Assembly (NCBI GenBank): GCA_035084275.1 | Contig: CM068750.1 | Coordinates: 8,370,001-8,434,000 of the forward strand | Length of the DNA: 64,000 nt | Direction: 5' to 3' | Source of the DNA: Hydrolagus colliei | Taxonomy: Eukaryota | Shown here: in pieces, positions 13,032 to 26,708 of the stretch | How positions within the stretch are numbered: the stretch's first letter is position 1 | How the letters are laid out: the number at the start of each line of letters is the position of its first letter | Notes under the pieces: model-generated | Database searches by the model: none | What the model was told of the DNA's origin: nothing | Seen by the model: the letters and a program-made list of their open reading frames with translations, nothing else | Position numbers and translations under genes: made by a program

Positions 13032-13681
13032 GTGAGTATCTTGTTAATTTTTTTGTTCTCCAACGTACATCTATTTCAATGGAAGTATTAAAATGTTCGG
13101 TTGTCAATTGTTATTCCACCTGGTGGTAAAAGAAAATGCCGACTCTTTCATCTTGGATTGAAAGAAGTATTTGCAAACTGGTGTATAAGAGTATAGAATC
13201 AACTCTGTACATTTCCCAAAGAAAACAGTGAACTAGTCAATACCGTTGGAATGCAATCAAGAGAAGTAATGCAACTTTCCTAACCTGTTGAAGGTTGTCA
13301 TCAGATCAAGGCTGATGTCTCATCCTGTTTGCTGCATGTAGATAGAGCAGGAAATTATGGTGACCTGATGACCTGGAAGTTGGCCCTTTTATAAGTGTAA
13401 TTTGTTGTTGTTGTTGTTGTTAACGTAAAGCCACCTGACATTCAGAAATTGAACAAGCCAGCAATGCGCATGCTTATTGAATGGAGTCCATCATTTACAT
13501 GACACTTATTCAAAAAGACAATTCAGCTTTACCCAGTGTTCCTGATCAGCACTTGAAATGCATTGGTCAGTCACCTCATAATTGTTTGTGGGACTTTACT
13601 AAATAAACAATCGGCTTTCCTGCTCTCCTTCCCCCTACCCCTCCCCTTGCCATCTTTCTCTCCCTTTTCCCCTAATCCCAC

Positions 13682-13936
13682 TTCCATGACTGTTTGTGGG
13701 ACACTGCTGTGCGCAATTTGGTTGCCGCGTTTCGCCCACAAATATACAGTCAATTTTCCTACTCTTTTTCATCCTGCCCCGACTCCTCCCCCCACTGCTC
13801 TTGTCCCTGCCTGACTCTATAGCGCCTTGGGACATCCTGTCAACGTGAAAGGCGCTATATAATTATAAGTTTTGATTGATTCATTGATTGGTTGATTGGT
13901 TGGTTGATTGATTGATTGATGGATTGATTGATTGAT
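13682..13936 (+). mobile_element. SINE core + L2-type tail ending in (TTGA)n microsatellite
   Basis: tgtgggacactgctgtgcgcaatttgg...gtgaaaggcgctatataa followed by TTGA/TTGG repeats. Confidence 0.8.
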
Positions 13937-16900
13937 ATTTGTCTGCAAAAAAAATCCTCACAAATGACGGTAATTAATTGTGAGGTGTTTTGAGATGTTT
14001 TGGTGTTGACAAGGTGTTATGTTCAAAATGCATGTCCTTTGTTTTCAATATATGAGAAAGATGTAATTAAATTTTTATAAAACCAACATGGAAAATCTCC
14101 AATGATTCAGAAAGTCAATACTGAATTGAGATATTTCTTTATTGGAATAATTCTAATTATTACACAATTCGATTTAGTCCAGTTACATTCCTTTGCATGG
14201 AATGAGTTTCAAGTAAATATTTACATATAAAGGACGTCCCCAAATATAATTGAAGGTAGTGAGAGGTTGCTGCTCATAAAGTGAGCAGAGTCCAATTGTA
14301 GTGACTGGGCTAGAAGCGTGGGATACAAGGAAGTATTCTTCCATTCTTGGTCGATGGTATGCAAAGTCCTATCAGCCTTGATTAAAACTTGCTACTGGAA
14401 TTTCTATAGCTGTTTGAACAAATTTGAGTCTGATTTGAATCGTTGGTGGTTGCTGAAATTTGAACCGTGTGTTAATAACCATGCGCCATGATCAGATCAC
14501 TGAACAAATGCAGGACAAAAAAATCATGCTCCACTGATTTTTATTTATTCATTTCATTTATTTAAATTAAGTGAACCTGCATTTAAATTTGTGGTTTTTG
14601 AAATCTGATGATTTAAACTGGTTGGGTGGATTAAGTCATTAGCTCTCGTTTTTTTTAATAATGTCTATTTATTGTTTCTAAATGCTGGTCAAAATGTACT
14701 TACACACTGTACATTATTGGCATGTTGAAACTGCAAATTATTGTTGCAGTGGATTTAAAACAGATTTTGTATCAAGGCCTGCAAATTGATGCTCGTTATG
14801 AAAAAAAATCCTACTTTATACAGTAGTTATTCTCACCTAATGAATAACTGTTTGATAATAAATTCAATCTGCCCAAAAGCAGGGTACCGATTAATTAAAT
14901 GTGTTGTATGGTATCAGACAACACAAGAAATGCAGCAAAAATGCTGAGCATTGTACTTGATCCCTGAGCATTTTGAGAAGCAATCAGTAGTGAGAGTCTC
15001 CCTTGGTAATAGCATGCAATGAAATAACCAGGTTGAAAGCAAGGATTGTTAAAGTGATGATCGTGCAATGTTTAAGAGCTTTATAATGAGGATAAGGTGC
15101 AATTATTAATTATGCAGTAAATACATTTTGTGAAGAATGTAGATATTCGAATCTTAGCAAGCTCAGAAGAGCGAAGAGGACTTGTTTTCTCTTTTTATAT
15201 TTGTGTTAATTTGGTTGTTGATGCTGCTCTTAGATTTTGTAAACCTTTTCTTTAACCACTTTGGTTAGGCTTATGCATGTTACTGCCTTCCCCCTCCCAC
15301 CTCCCCCAAGTATCTAAGAATGCTGTAGTCAGATATGAGGGGAAATACATTGAGAATTTGGCATCAGTGGTCAGTGATGAGTGTTGATAAATGTCAGAGA
15401 ACTTGATATGGGCAATGAGTTTAATAATAATTGTCCATTGAATGCCTGTAGCATTTGATGGTGAATTCTAACATACAATAGAATACAAATTGAGATTTAT
15501 ATGCAGCACCTTTCACATCAGGAGGACGTCCCAAGGTGATAACAGCTTGGGTCTTCTGATCTCTAAGCTCAAAAACATTGGAAAGGAAAAGGTTTCCATG
15601 TAATGTTTTACAAATATTTGATTTATACTCGCTGAATGCTGATGATGAGATGTTTATCTGGCACATCTATCGTTCCTGAGCTACCAGTGAGTTATATCTT
15701 GTCAGGTGCTATGAGTTTCTTGGTTTGTTTAATAAAACATTCAGAAAGTTTCATCTGTCACTACAAAGATACAATTAAGTCAAACGTCAGTGATATGTCT
15801 CTTGGTTGGCTGAATATAAATATTTTTAATGCTGCTTTAAGGCAGTCTGAGAAATGTGTTCATTGGTGTCAGTCCTAGCTTGAAAATGGCAGGTGAGTTT
15901 GAGGCAGAGAAAATGTTGTGCTATTGTGTTCTGCATTAAAATCCATCGAGAAATAAAGGCTATAAGAGAGAATGTGCATAAAATAATGAGAGAACAAGGG
16001 GAGTATGACTGAGCAGTGGTAAAGATTCCAGATTCTTGGTGAATATTCATTGGCATAGTAATAGTTCAGTACTGCAAGTGAGCCTTGCAGTGAATGAACT
16101 GAAGCATTTTTTTTTGTATCAGTGGCAAAGCCAGCCAAATGCAGAATCCCTAAAAATTGCTCAGCTATCGGGGTTAATTCTGTTACGTGCTTCAAATGGT
16201 GTAATTCAAAGTAATTGAATTCTGTGCATGAATTGTGAAGGTACAGAACATCCATTCAGTTTTATTTGTTCCAGAGAAGTAGTATAATTGTGTACACGTC
16301 ATCATCATACCGATGTGTTCATGTCGTGTAGATTGACGGCAGCTGAAAAGAAATGACTCCAGGTATAACCAAGTACAACAGCAAATATACAAGATTACTA
16401 AGTCTTTACACTCTAGGCAACAGTAATGTATCGTCCCAAAAATATAGTCAATTCACTTCACAGTATATTCTGTGAAGAGTTTTGAGACGTCTTGAAGACC
16501 TGATAAGGCACTAGGCAAGGATTATTAACTAGGCAAGAATTAAAAATTCCTGTTTTTGTTGCTGAATTTTCTGCTTTCCTTTTGAAATCCCCAATATCCA
16601 CATCTCCCTGGTTAGCTGCAGTACACTTGAATATAATGTAAAATACACTCTATTTTGCCCTAAATATGAGCACCCACAACAGCACATATGATATTTTAAC
16701 TATAACAACAATAGTGGCACTTCCAGATTTGTGTCAAATTGGAGACAGTTTTAAAGATTATTTCAAAAGCAAATTAGATATGGTGGGATATGGTGTATAG
16801 TTTGGAACATGACATGTGTGTACACCTGTCAGGATAGAGGAAGGTGAATTGGATGGACTCTGGCCCATCTTCATTTAGCAATTCTTATGTTCTTACGCAG

Positions 16901-19900
16901 TTTTGTGCTATGAGACTGTACCTTTTGGGATCTCAAGATTGCCCAAGCTAATTCCACATCGGGCACTTATATCTAACCGACAGTAGAGACAGTTATCCTG
17001 TCAGGCTCTTGTATGTATGTTGGTCATTTTTTTTAAATGCTTACAATGTGAACAAGCTGTGTTCATGATAACTGAATATTCTAGGGCACAACAATGGGGA
17101 TGCACTGGACACTATACTACTATCAACATTGGCAGAGGTTCAAATAACGAGATTGTTTCAGTAGAGTCTGAATTTCAATTAATCTAGCCTTCTTGCTTCC
17201 ACCCTTAGCCAGAACAACCTTGATGAAAGCATTGAACTGCTTAGTACATGACTGGACCACATCAATCCATGTCAACTAATGCAACTTTAATATTTAGCAT
17301 GTGTTTTCCCCTTGCAGCGCAGAGAGAATAAATGGTCACTGCTTCATGAACTGATCTCTGGCACTTAAGTGGATCCATCTGGTGCTTGTTGAACACTAGG
17401 CTGTAGGATAGAATTAGCACTCATTGAAAATCAAGTCCAGCATGGCATTTCAGTCTCTTTTAATGGGATTCATTCCCATGAGCTCCTGATTAGAACCTGC
17501 AGCAATTTGTGTTATTTGATAAGGGACTGGTACAATTTGTAATCTGCAATGGGTCGGACTCAAATCTTAAAATGTCATTAAATCACACCTACCAATGCAA
17601 CATAGCCAATACTGTTTTGGTAGCAATGTGAATGAGAGCTGCATTGATCCACTCGCCCCGCAGTGGAGGGATTGGAAGTGATCTGTGAAATGGGTGCTGA
17701 ATCACATGTAGGGCTCACTGGTTACCAAATCAATGGAATGCAGTTCGCCAACTCGCTTGGTAAAAACACCTCACTAGTTAAAAGTAGGCTTTACATTAGC
17801 TGTGACATAAGTGCTATGCAATATTTAGAGGCAAATATGACCGTGACAATCTGACTGTCACTGAGAGAGAACCTTTATTTGATGTCTTTCCATGTTTAAA
17901 TTTAAAATATGGGGGTCATAGGAAGAGCCTATCTTCAAATATTCATCACCACAGTGTAGCCCCAAAACTCTTTTCTTTCACAAGCTCCATTCTACCCCCC
18001 CCCCCCCCACCCCTCTTCCCACTCACCAATATGCAATTGGGATTGTGAAACAGGTGATAAATTGTTTCAACATGAAACTCATTTCAAGGTTTTCTTATTT
18101 GTTGGGTGCTAAACTTTCTCTCTTTAGGTCCCCCTTCAAACCCCAGCCATGTTTCTGACATTGAATGAATCGGGCACTATCCTCCCTCTTTACAATGATA
18201 ATCCTTGCATTTGATATAGTGCCTGATCATAACTTCGAGACGTCCAAAAGCTTCACAAAATATAGTGTCAAGTGAAATGACTAATATTTTGTGGGCAAAA
18301 CTGATGCAGCTGAAACGAGGACTGCCGGACCTGCATCCCATTGATGCTTTAATGCTAAACTATGCCACTGCAATGCAAATAATGTACAAATATATTTCTG
18401 ATCAGTTTTTTTTTACACACATGTAATGTTTATGATATACTGTACGTGTTTTTTTCCCCAATATGTCAGTTGTTTACTGATTGTCAAAGACGATTTGTCC
18501 ATTTTTCTTTTTTGTGTCCTTTTAACTGCAAACTTTGATACAGAATAACACAAAAGTCATGAACTTCCTCAGGGGGCATTGCAGGAACTGAGCTAAAATA
18601 ATTGTATTCTTTCTCTCCCTTTATCTGAGTTTTAAATTAGTGAGCTCATCTTTTAATTGAAATCCAATTTAATTGCTCTCACTTAAAATAACGTGCTCTT
18701 TGCGTAGCTGTCATCCATTTTGTGAATTCACCAGTGGTGCAGCTAAACACAGCCTTGTATCCCTTTTTGCTGCTGCTCATTCAAAGTAATTTTGCAAGGT
18801 CAGAGGCATGCTGTTCTGTTCATCAAATGAATTATTCCCAGAATGCAAATACCATAGGACATAATGATTTTTGTCGATGTATTCCAATTCTCACAGTGTG
18901 ACCTTAGAAACAATTTTCTCAAAAGATTATGGAGGTGAAAACTGCATCAATGCGATGTGTTGTCACTCGTGATCAAATTAATATATTGAACAAGAACGAC
19001 CAGTGTGCTAGAAGCAGGCCTTCCAACTCCTGACTCCCCAGATACCCTTTCACAATGGTTGCTCACAGAAACCAGCCACTTTAAAATGAAAATTGGTAGT
19101 TCTTCAATAGCATCACGTTGCAATATTGGATTCACAATATAATACGGATTTACAAATATATACGGCACCTTTCAAGTCAGGAGGATCTCACAAGGCACTT
19201 CACAATCCAAGGTTTACACCCAAATTGGTGGGGAGGGGAAGGGAAAGATGAAACTGCAATTTTGAGGAGGCGAAGAAATGGGCGAGCCTGACCTAACAAT
19301 AAAATCCCAAGGTTTGATTTGCTGCACTTCAGCAAAAGAAGCCTTGCAAAGAATGTAAAAGGAACGCGAGTCCTAGTTGTTATAGTCTAGCTTTGACTAG
19401 GTTTGACATGGTTGCTTTGAAATGTTCCTGATTAGCATCACTGGAAAATGTATTGTTAGTGAGCAGCCACTTCAGTCAGCAATTTCAAGTCTGTAATGAC
19501 CAGCTAATTAGGTACTTGTTTTCTGTCCAGGCTATTCTGTAAGTGTTAGTGACTCATGATGTGACTTCCCAAAGGATAGCTTTTCTTGACTGGCAAAACT
19601 ATTCATGATCCTCTTGAGTTCCAAAGCATTAATTATTCCCTTCATGTTTTTATTGTTGAAGGTGTCGACCTACACAACCAAATTTCTATGTTCTTGTACC
19701 GTCATTTGCTTTTCCCCTCATCCCACGGTCATTCTTTGCATCTTCACATCCAAATCCTTGTCTTTCTCCCTCTCCCACTCATTGCCTTCACGCAGTCTCC
19801 TTCAGCCGTCAGAATCGATGGAATGGATAAGGCTGTGGCCATTTGGAGGATTGCTGTGATTCTGGGTGGGCAGTTAGGTTTGTGCTTGAAGGGACATTGG

Positions 19901-22569
19901 GTGCAAAAGGAGATCACTGAGAAAGGTTGTGCCTGATTAACTATGGGTGCCAGGCAGCTAAGAGATTTAACACAAGACTGTGTGATTATGGTTCAAGTAA
20001 AAATGCTAAATTTCTGCTGTTCTGTGGTCAGCTGTTCAATAAACCAGAACTTCACTGGCCTAACCTCTCTCCCAAATGTTAACTACAAATATACTTGCCG
20101 TTAGATTTGAATGATGATTGCTAGAATAGTTAGTAGAAGTATGTTTTAACACTGCTCATAGGTTGGTTTAACAAGGTCTATATAGTTTATATTGCTTGAC
20201 ATCTAAGATTCAGGACAAGAGGAGGGATGGAGACTTCATCAGCAAATAAATGCTACCTTGATTCTGATGAACCTTTCTAAGAATATTAGATTCTGTTAGC
20301 TGGGTGATAGGAAAACCTGAGCTGAGAAGACCTCTATTTATTGTGTTTGCTTGACCTGATGTAATATCAGTAAACTACCTCATTGCAGGATGGCAGTAGG
20401 TAAGCAGTTTGGATAAGGGCAGATTTTGAAGTGATTATTACTTCCAAAAGGAATAAACATATGAGGCTTGATCAAGTCTTATAGAATGTTCTTGCAAATT
20501 GTTCCGTTCTGCTTATATTACATTTTTATTTGGGAATCCTATCTATAATAAACGCAGATACACCTTTGCTCCTGCATGGATTGAATTATGTTGAATATTA
20601 TATCTTTCACTGGGTTTGAGCACATGTTTTCCCATTGCATTAGAACAGAGTTTTCCAGCTTGTGCTTAACTAGTCTTCCGACTAGCACATAAAATACATG
20701 TTATAAAACTCAACAGGTTGGGCGGATACGGCAGCAGCCAGTTTCCTACTGCTCTGTTGTGCCTGCATTTGCTACCCTCAGCTGGACCACAATGTGAGTT
20801 TTCATCATTAGTAACATTAGTACGATTTTTTCAACAAAGTAAAAAGGTTTACTGTGGCGATAAAAGGGTACTACTTTATCTTAAGCACCACTCACTTTCA
20901 TCTGAGACTTATCCATATAAATTATACATTTGTTGGAAGTTTTCACTGTCTGAAAACAAAATTGAAGCCTTTTGTCTCAATGCTGGTGGTTTACAGGGTG
21001 ACGTTCCTGGGAATTAAATTAACTGCCGTCTGGGTTCCCCCTCACCCAGTCTCCAATGCTATATTTTAGCAAATACAAATGAAGAAGACTAAAGAAGAAA
21101 AAATGTAGACAGTACAGTTTGACTGATATGAGTGGATGTATTTTTGGAGGTGGAGATGGGATGGGGGGTGGAGTTTGGAATGACAAAGAGAAGTGTGAAT
21201 AAAAATGTAAAATGCATGTAAATGATCTATCTACAAGTAATTAGTGATCATTACTGTCACTGAGCATTTCTTTACCCTTTCTTCACACTTTTAGCTCTGT
21301 ATAGCTCTTTGAGACCAATGGAAGGTTACTACAGTATATAAATAAATGCAAGTTACTGGTGAATTACAGGTGAAGTAGATTTTTTGACGAGATGATTTGC
21401 AGTATCCGATTACATTTTGTTTTTATTCCACAATTGTTTCCTGATGGCTTGCAATGCTGTAATTAAGACGACCTCCCGAAGTGAAAGGCGCTCTATAAAT
21501 GTAATTTTGTTGTTGTTTTTGTTGTACTTGCGTTTGCAAATTCTAAGAATTAAAACTTGATGAAGGAGAAGTTCAGAACATTTCGAAGTGTAACACTTTC
21601 TTTGAATGGGTTTATTTGTAAAAACCCACATTTTTGTTAAAAGTAACTTTTATGTCTGTGCAATTATGGTCGCAGACTTTGCACTACAGCAAATCGAACT
21701 AGTAACAAACATCTTATCAAATAGGTCAGAATGTTTATTTCTTAAAAATTGCAGCATTTTTTTAGGCTAATTCTTTCCGAATGCCTTTCGTTAACCTTTC
21801 CTTCACGCTCACCAGGCTACCAGCTTGGAACAATGAGAGTTGTGTGGTTAGAGACCAATCGATAACCTTTTACAGTGAAATGTTGGCTGTTGATTGAGGG
21901 CCTGTACCTACAGAGCTGTGAGATCCAAATAAATTGATTGATCTCTATCTTTTAAAGTTGTTGAGTGTGTTTTCACTCACCTGCATTACTCAACCAACAC
22001 TGCTTAACTGGAGATTTCAGTCACTTAGGAGCACTAAGAACGTGACCGCAAGCAAAGCTGAAACCGTGAAAGGATTTTTTTTAAATACAGTAAGGTGGGG
22101 TTGTGGGGGAATGTGAGAGCCCCATGTTGAGAATTGTATAAAACATGAAAGAAACAGGAGGCAAAGAGAGAAAGTCGACCAGCGAATTAAAAGGTAAGGA
22201 AAGTCAGTAGACAAGTCAGACAAATAGCATGAAATGTAAAAAGTGACAAAAAAAGATGAAAAGTTATTAGAACAATAATAATCCTCTGCGTAGTGATCTT
22301 TCAGTCAGGAGGACATCTCAAAGCACTTCACAAGATATACTGCAAAATTGAATAACTGCTTTTATTGGCCGAATGGGCAAAGCAAAGACAGGGTAGTGCA
22401 CCAGAAATCATGAAATGCATAACGGAAGCAGGCAATGTGCTTCGCTGGAATGGATAGTTTGAAAACAAAAGTTTTAATTCTCTTTAGAAAAACTGAAGCT
22501 TAACTTAAAGTTACAAAACAGGGAAGAAAGTTCTAAAAGTATGTCCACGCAGTCACAATAAGATCTTTA

Positions 22570-24375
22570 CGTTTGATATAGTGCCTATAGTGTCGAATAT
22601 CTCAAAGCACTTCACAAAGTTTCTATGAAATGTTGTGATTCTGTATTTGTAGGGAAATGTGGCAACCAATTTATGTACCACATTGGCCCACTTATCTGGG
22701 GGATTGTTGGCTCAGAGAAACTCCCTTCTGTTTTTGAATTATGCCATAGAATTTAAATATCAATCTTAACAAACCTCAGTTTTAATACCTCACCTGAAAG
22801 ATGGCATGTCCAACAGTGCAACAACAACAACAACAACAATTTACATTTATAGAGCGCCTTTCACGTCGGGAGGACGTCCCAAGGCGCTGAACAGGAGGCG
22901 TGACCCGAGCTGGGAGGGGAGTGTTTGGGAAGGGGTGAAACACGAAGGGGAGGTAAAAGAGTTCGGGGTGGAACAAAAGGCACGATCGAAGAGGAAAGTC
23001 TTCAAACCGGCCTTGAAAGAGGAAAGGGAAGAGACGAAACGGAGGGATTGAGGGATGGCATTCCATAAGTTGGGAGCGGAGAAACTGAAGGCCCGGCCTC
23101 CGATGGTGGGGCGGTTCGGGCGCGGGGCTTGGAGCAGGCCAAGTCCTGTTGAACGGAGGGTCCGGGTGGGCGTGTAGGGGGAGAGTAGATCGGTTAAGTA
23201 GGATGGGGCAAGGCCGTGTAAGGCCTTGTAGGTGAGGACGAGGATCTTAAACTCAATCCTCTGGAGGATGGGGAGCCAGTGGAGACGGGCGAGGGTGGGG
23301 GTTATGTGGTCGCGGAGGCGGGTGCGGGATAGTACACGGGCTGCAGAGTTTTGGATGGCCTGCAGCCTATGAATGGAGGAACTGGGGAGGCCGACTAGGA
23401 GAGAGTTTCCGTAGTCCAGCCGTGAGGTGATGTACGCGTGCACAAGTGTTTCGGCAGCGCGGGGGGTAAGATAATTACGGAGCCTGGCAATGTTGCGCAG
23501 ATGGAAATAGGCGGTGCCGGTCAAGGCGCGGATGTGGGGGAGGAAGGAAAGTTTTTGATCGAACATGATGCCGAGGTTCCTGATTGGCTTTGTGAGGTGG
23601 AGAGTGCAGCCTTGGATATTGAGGCTGGCAGCGCCCAATGTGCGGAGGCGCTGGCTTGAGCCAATCAGGAGGGCCTCGGTCTTATTCACGTTCAATTGCA
23701 AAAAGTTGTCCCTCGTCCACGACTCGATGTCGGACAGACATGCTGTCAGAACATCGATCGTCTGGGGGTTGAGGGATGAGGCAGAAAGGTACAACTGGGT
23801 GTCATCCGCATACATGTGGAAATTTACCCCATGTCTGCGGATGACGTCGCCCAGAGGGAGCGTGTAAAGGGTGAAAAGGAGGGGGCCAAGGACAGAGCCC
23901 TGAGGAACGCCGTGGGAAACTGTGCGGGGGTTTGAAGAAAAACCATTGGAAGAAACAAAATGTAAACGGTGGGTCAAATAAGAGTGGAACCAGTCAAGGA
24001 CTGTGCCTTGAAGGTTGAGGTGGGAGGAAAGACGTTGAAGGAGGATGGTGTGATCGACTGTGTCGAACGCAGCAGACAGGTCAAGGAGCAACACTCCTCC
24101 AATGCATAAGAGTGTCAACCTAGACCACTGATAGTTTGCCAACACAATAGATTTTCTTCATGGAATACTTCTTGATTCATACCAAGAAAAAAACTGGAAA
24201 AGATGAAAGTGCCTTGTAATCTTACCTAGATTTATGCAGATGTTCGGGGGCTGCTTGTTGACAGCCACACAAACCATAAGTTGGTCACCAAAGACCCAGA
24301 GTATGAGATCAAAGTCCTGATGTGGGACCTGAACCCCAAATCTTCTGGCCTGGAGGCGGGAGTGCAACCAACCAA
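22570..24375 (-). mobile_element. Old Deu-SINE split by the L2 insertion
   Basis: Tail and core at 22570-22820, continuation acactcctcc...gagtgtcaacctaga at 24091-24125, tRNA-like head at about 24305-24375. Confidence 0.7.
22818..24093 (-). mobile_element. 5'-truncated L2-clade LINE with open RT/C-terminal ORF2 fragment
   Basis: ORF 22847-24145 has LLDLSAAFDTVDH, GVPQGSVLGP, YADDTQLY, LHWLP; ends in a (GTT)n tail; GCAACA at both junctions (22818-22823, 24088-24093). Confidence 0.95.
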
Positions 24376-25396
24376 ATCAGGCTGGCATTTATTGGTGAAT
24401 TGGCTTTCACTGCTTAAAAAATATAACCATATTGATGTGAAAGAGTACATGAATGTGGTTAACATTGTTGTACAAACATCCCGTGCCTTTTACATGACAT
24501 ATGGAGCTCATTTCCTCAGCTTGATGTAGCCTATTTACCTGGTTTCATCCCACTCGTGTGAATGGAGTCTTTCCTGCTGCAGATCAGAGCATATTTAATT
24601 GCAGCAAGCTGACAGCTGTGACTCACAGCAACATAGTTTAATCTAAATGTCATCGGCACACGTTTTGTTTAAATGTCAAGTTAGACAGCAAAGGGTTGCC
24701 TTATTGCCAGAATCACAGTTGGATAAAGTCATCAAATCTTATGTCAATCTTTCATTCAGTCTAGCCATCTTCGGTTATTTTTGTAAAGTTATTGATCCCG
24801 ACATCTAGCTGTTTCAAACCATCTGCTTTTCACCAGAGCATTTATTTCTGAAATGTAGTTGTGCATTTTGTCATTGAACATTGCAAGTTAGCTGGTCTGT
24901 GACACACATTGTGCAAAATATAATTCTTTATCTCATGCTACTGCAGATTGTGATATATAAATATTGTAGCATTTCTAACTTAATCCCCTCCCTCCCCCAC
25001 CCAACCCCCAAAAATCTTGCTAATAGCCGTTATTGTGCTTAAATAATTTTGTTCTAAACTAGAATTATCTGCTTGAAGACAATCCATACCTGTAGTGATC
25101 TAACACTCAGTGGAGGGAAATGCAAAATTCAAGAAGTTGAGTTGCTCATTTTAAGATTCGTGAAACAATAATTTTCACTTAAATTGCACCTTTCATGTCA
25201 GGGGAGTGTCTTAACGTGCTTTACAAGGACTGTGTGAGAGTCCAAGACGCCATCTTCTGGATTAAGAATTTTGTCAGCTTGATCCTTGTGTTTGTTTGCT
25301 GACTCAGCAATTTGCCAGCTCCCAGATACCATATTTTCGTTAGCTATCCAGGTCATAATTGGTACATGTGTGTATATGTATATGTGTGTGTCTCTT

Positions 25397-25714
25397 TCAA
25401 GAGCTCTGTCTGCAACTTGCGTAAATTTCTGTGTGTCTTAAGAGGTGGTAGACTTTCAGAGGATTGTGAATGACTTGAGGCATCACTGCTGTGTCATCAA
25501 CATATGGTAGGAATTTGATCAAGAGTAGAGGTAATCCTGTTCCAATGTTATCCAAGAGCTTGTGTCTGCTCTGTATCAATCGCTACGTGCAAACCCGAGC
25601 ATCTCCATAACTGTTATACAGTAGATGCTTTGCAAGAATAAAATTAAGGCCTCTTGCAAGCTCAACTAAACCTTCCAATGAGTACAAATTCAGCACTTTA
25701 GGATAGAGAGCATT
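25397..25714 (-). pseudogene. Nested antisense gene relic: putative last coding exon
   Basis: Acceptor ctcatttttcAG; 106 codons NALYPKVLNLYSLEGLVELARGLNFILAKHLLY...SCRQSS* with a single internal TAG (25583-25585). Confidence 0.65.
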
Positions 25715-25888
25715 CTGAAAAATGAGCACAGTTGAGAAAATAAAGTTATTTGATTCAGTGAAATAAACGCGATACATTGAACCGAATGTTTGTTTGCCTA
25801 AAATTGCTATTACGTTTGGTAAAGAAGCAACATAAAAAATTGTCTCATCATTCAACATTCATCAGATTAAAGTCATCAGTGCACTTAC

Positions 25889-26065
25889 CAGTAAGTGAGT
25901 CAGATGTTCAGAGAGTCCTTCAAGAAAGATATCAGTACTATGGGTTTTAACTGTCGATGGGCTAAACAAGCAGCTGGGCTCATTATAATGTATTTACAGA
26001 CAGTCCTCGAGAAATTTGTCTCACGTTGCTCACGAATCGTTGAATTCCAGCTTTTATTGAGAAGT
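25889..26065 (-). pseudogene. Nested antisense gene relic: exon with frameshift
   Basis: ttttcAG acceptor, CTG|gtaagt donor; starts (D)FSIKAGIQRFVSNVRQ, ends STDIFLEGLSEHLTHLL in phase 0, matching the next exon. Confidence 0.65.
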
Positions 26066-26328
26066 CTGAAAATACCTTTTGACTCAGCAAACAAAAAAAT
26101 CATACTTACATTAGAGAAAGAAATCAGAACAAGATAAACTGCACTGATTTTTACTGATGGATCAGAGAAGGGTCACAGCTGATGATACATCACAGATTGA
26201 ATAACGTAGTGGGGGGTGGGCACAAAACACCACAAAACAAGCTGGTTTGATTGCTTTTGCTTCAACTCCCCAAACCTGGGTAATAATTTGCCTCAGGCGA
26301 GTTTGAAAATGAAATTTTCCAGGCATAC

Positions 26329-26554
26329 CTGAGGGCTGTGGAGTTTGATTAATTGAGTCCAGGCATCGTTTTCATGGAGTTGGGCACTCCAGAGATGTGG
26401 AGTTTTTATTCTAGTTGATTTATGGAATGGCAGTGGTCTTTTTTTTATTTGAGGCGTCCCAATTTCTTCTGCACACTCGCCCACTCTTCTCGCAGGAGAA
26501 TCTTACTGGTTCAGAGTAGAGCTCCCTGAATTGAGCCCGGAAATGATTCAGAAT
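26329..26554 (-). pseudogene. Nested antisense gene relic: exon with 3 in-frame stops
   Basis: ttcacAG acceptor, CAG|gtatgc donor, 226 nt phase 0 to 1; ILNHFRAQFRELYSEP...DSINQTPQPS. Confidence 0.6.
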
Positions 26555-26708
26555 CTGTGAATGAAATGATATTTTCTTTTAGATCAAAATTATTCTTTGA
26601 AAATAACAAACGGGGTCTGGAAAATCTGCACATTTGTTGAATCAGTATTTGTTCCTGTTGGATACATGTTTAAGCATAACTGTGTCCTGTTCAGTTAGGG
26701 TTAGTGAC

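Noticed and set aside
16760-16895. Short CR1-like 3' scraps (also about 9440-9500 and 53695-53770)
   Set aside because: Too degraded to delimit or classify confidently by eye.
23438-23867. Plus-strand ORFs of 73 and 100 aa
   Set aside because: Antisense shadows of the GC-rich L2 ORF.
24094-24145. N-terminus MLANYQWSRLTLLCIGG of the 432-aa ORF
   Set aside because: It is flanking SINE sequence that happens to be in frame; the LINE is 5'-truncated and has no real start.
25600-25700. Kinase-like reading of VELARGLNFILAKHLLY
   Set aside because: No HRD, DFG or other kinase motifs in the adjoining exons.
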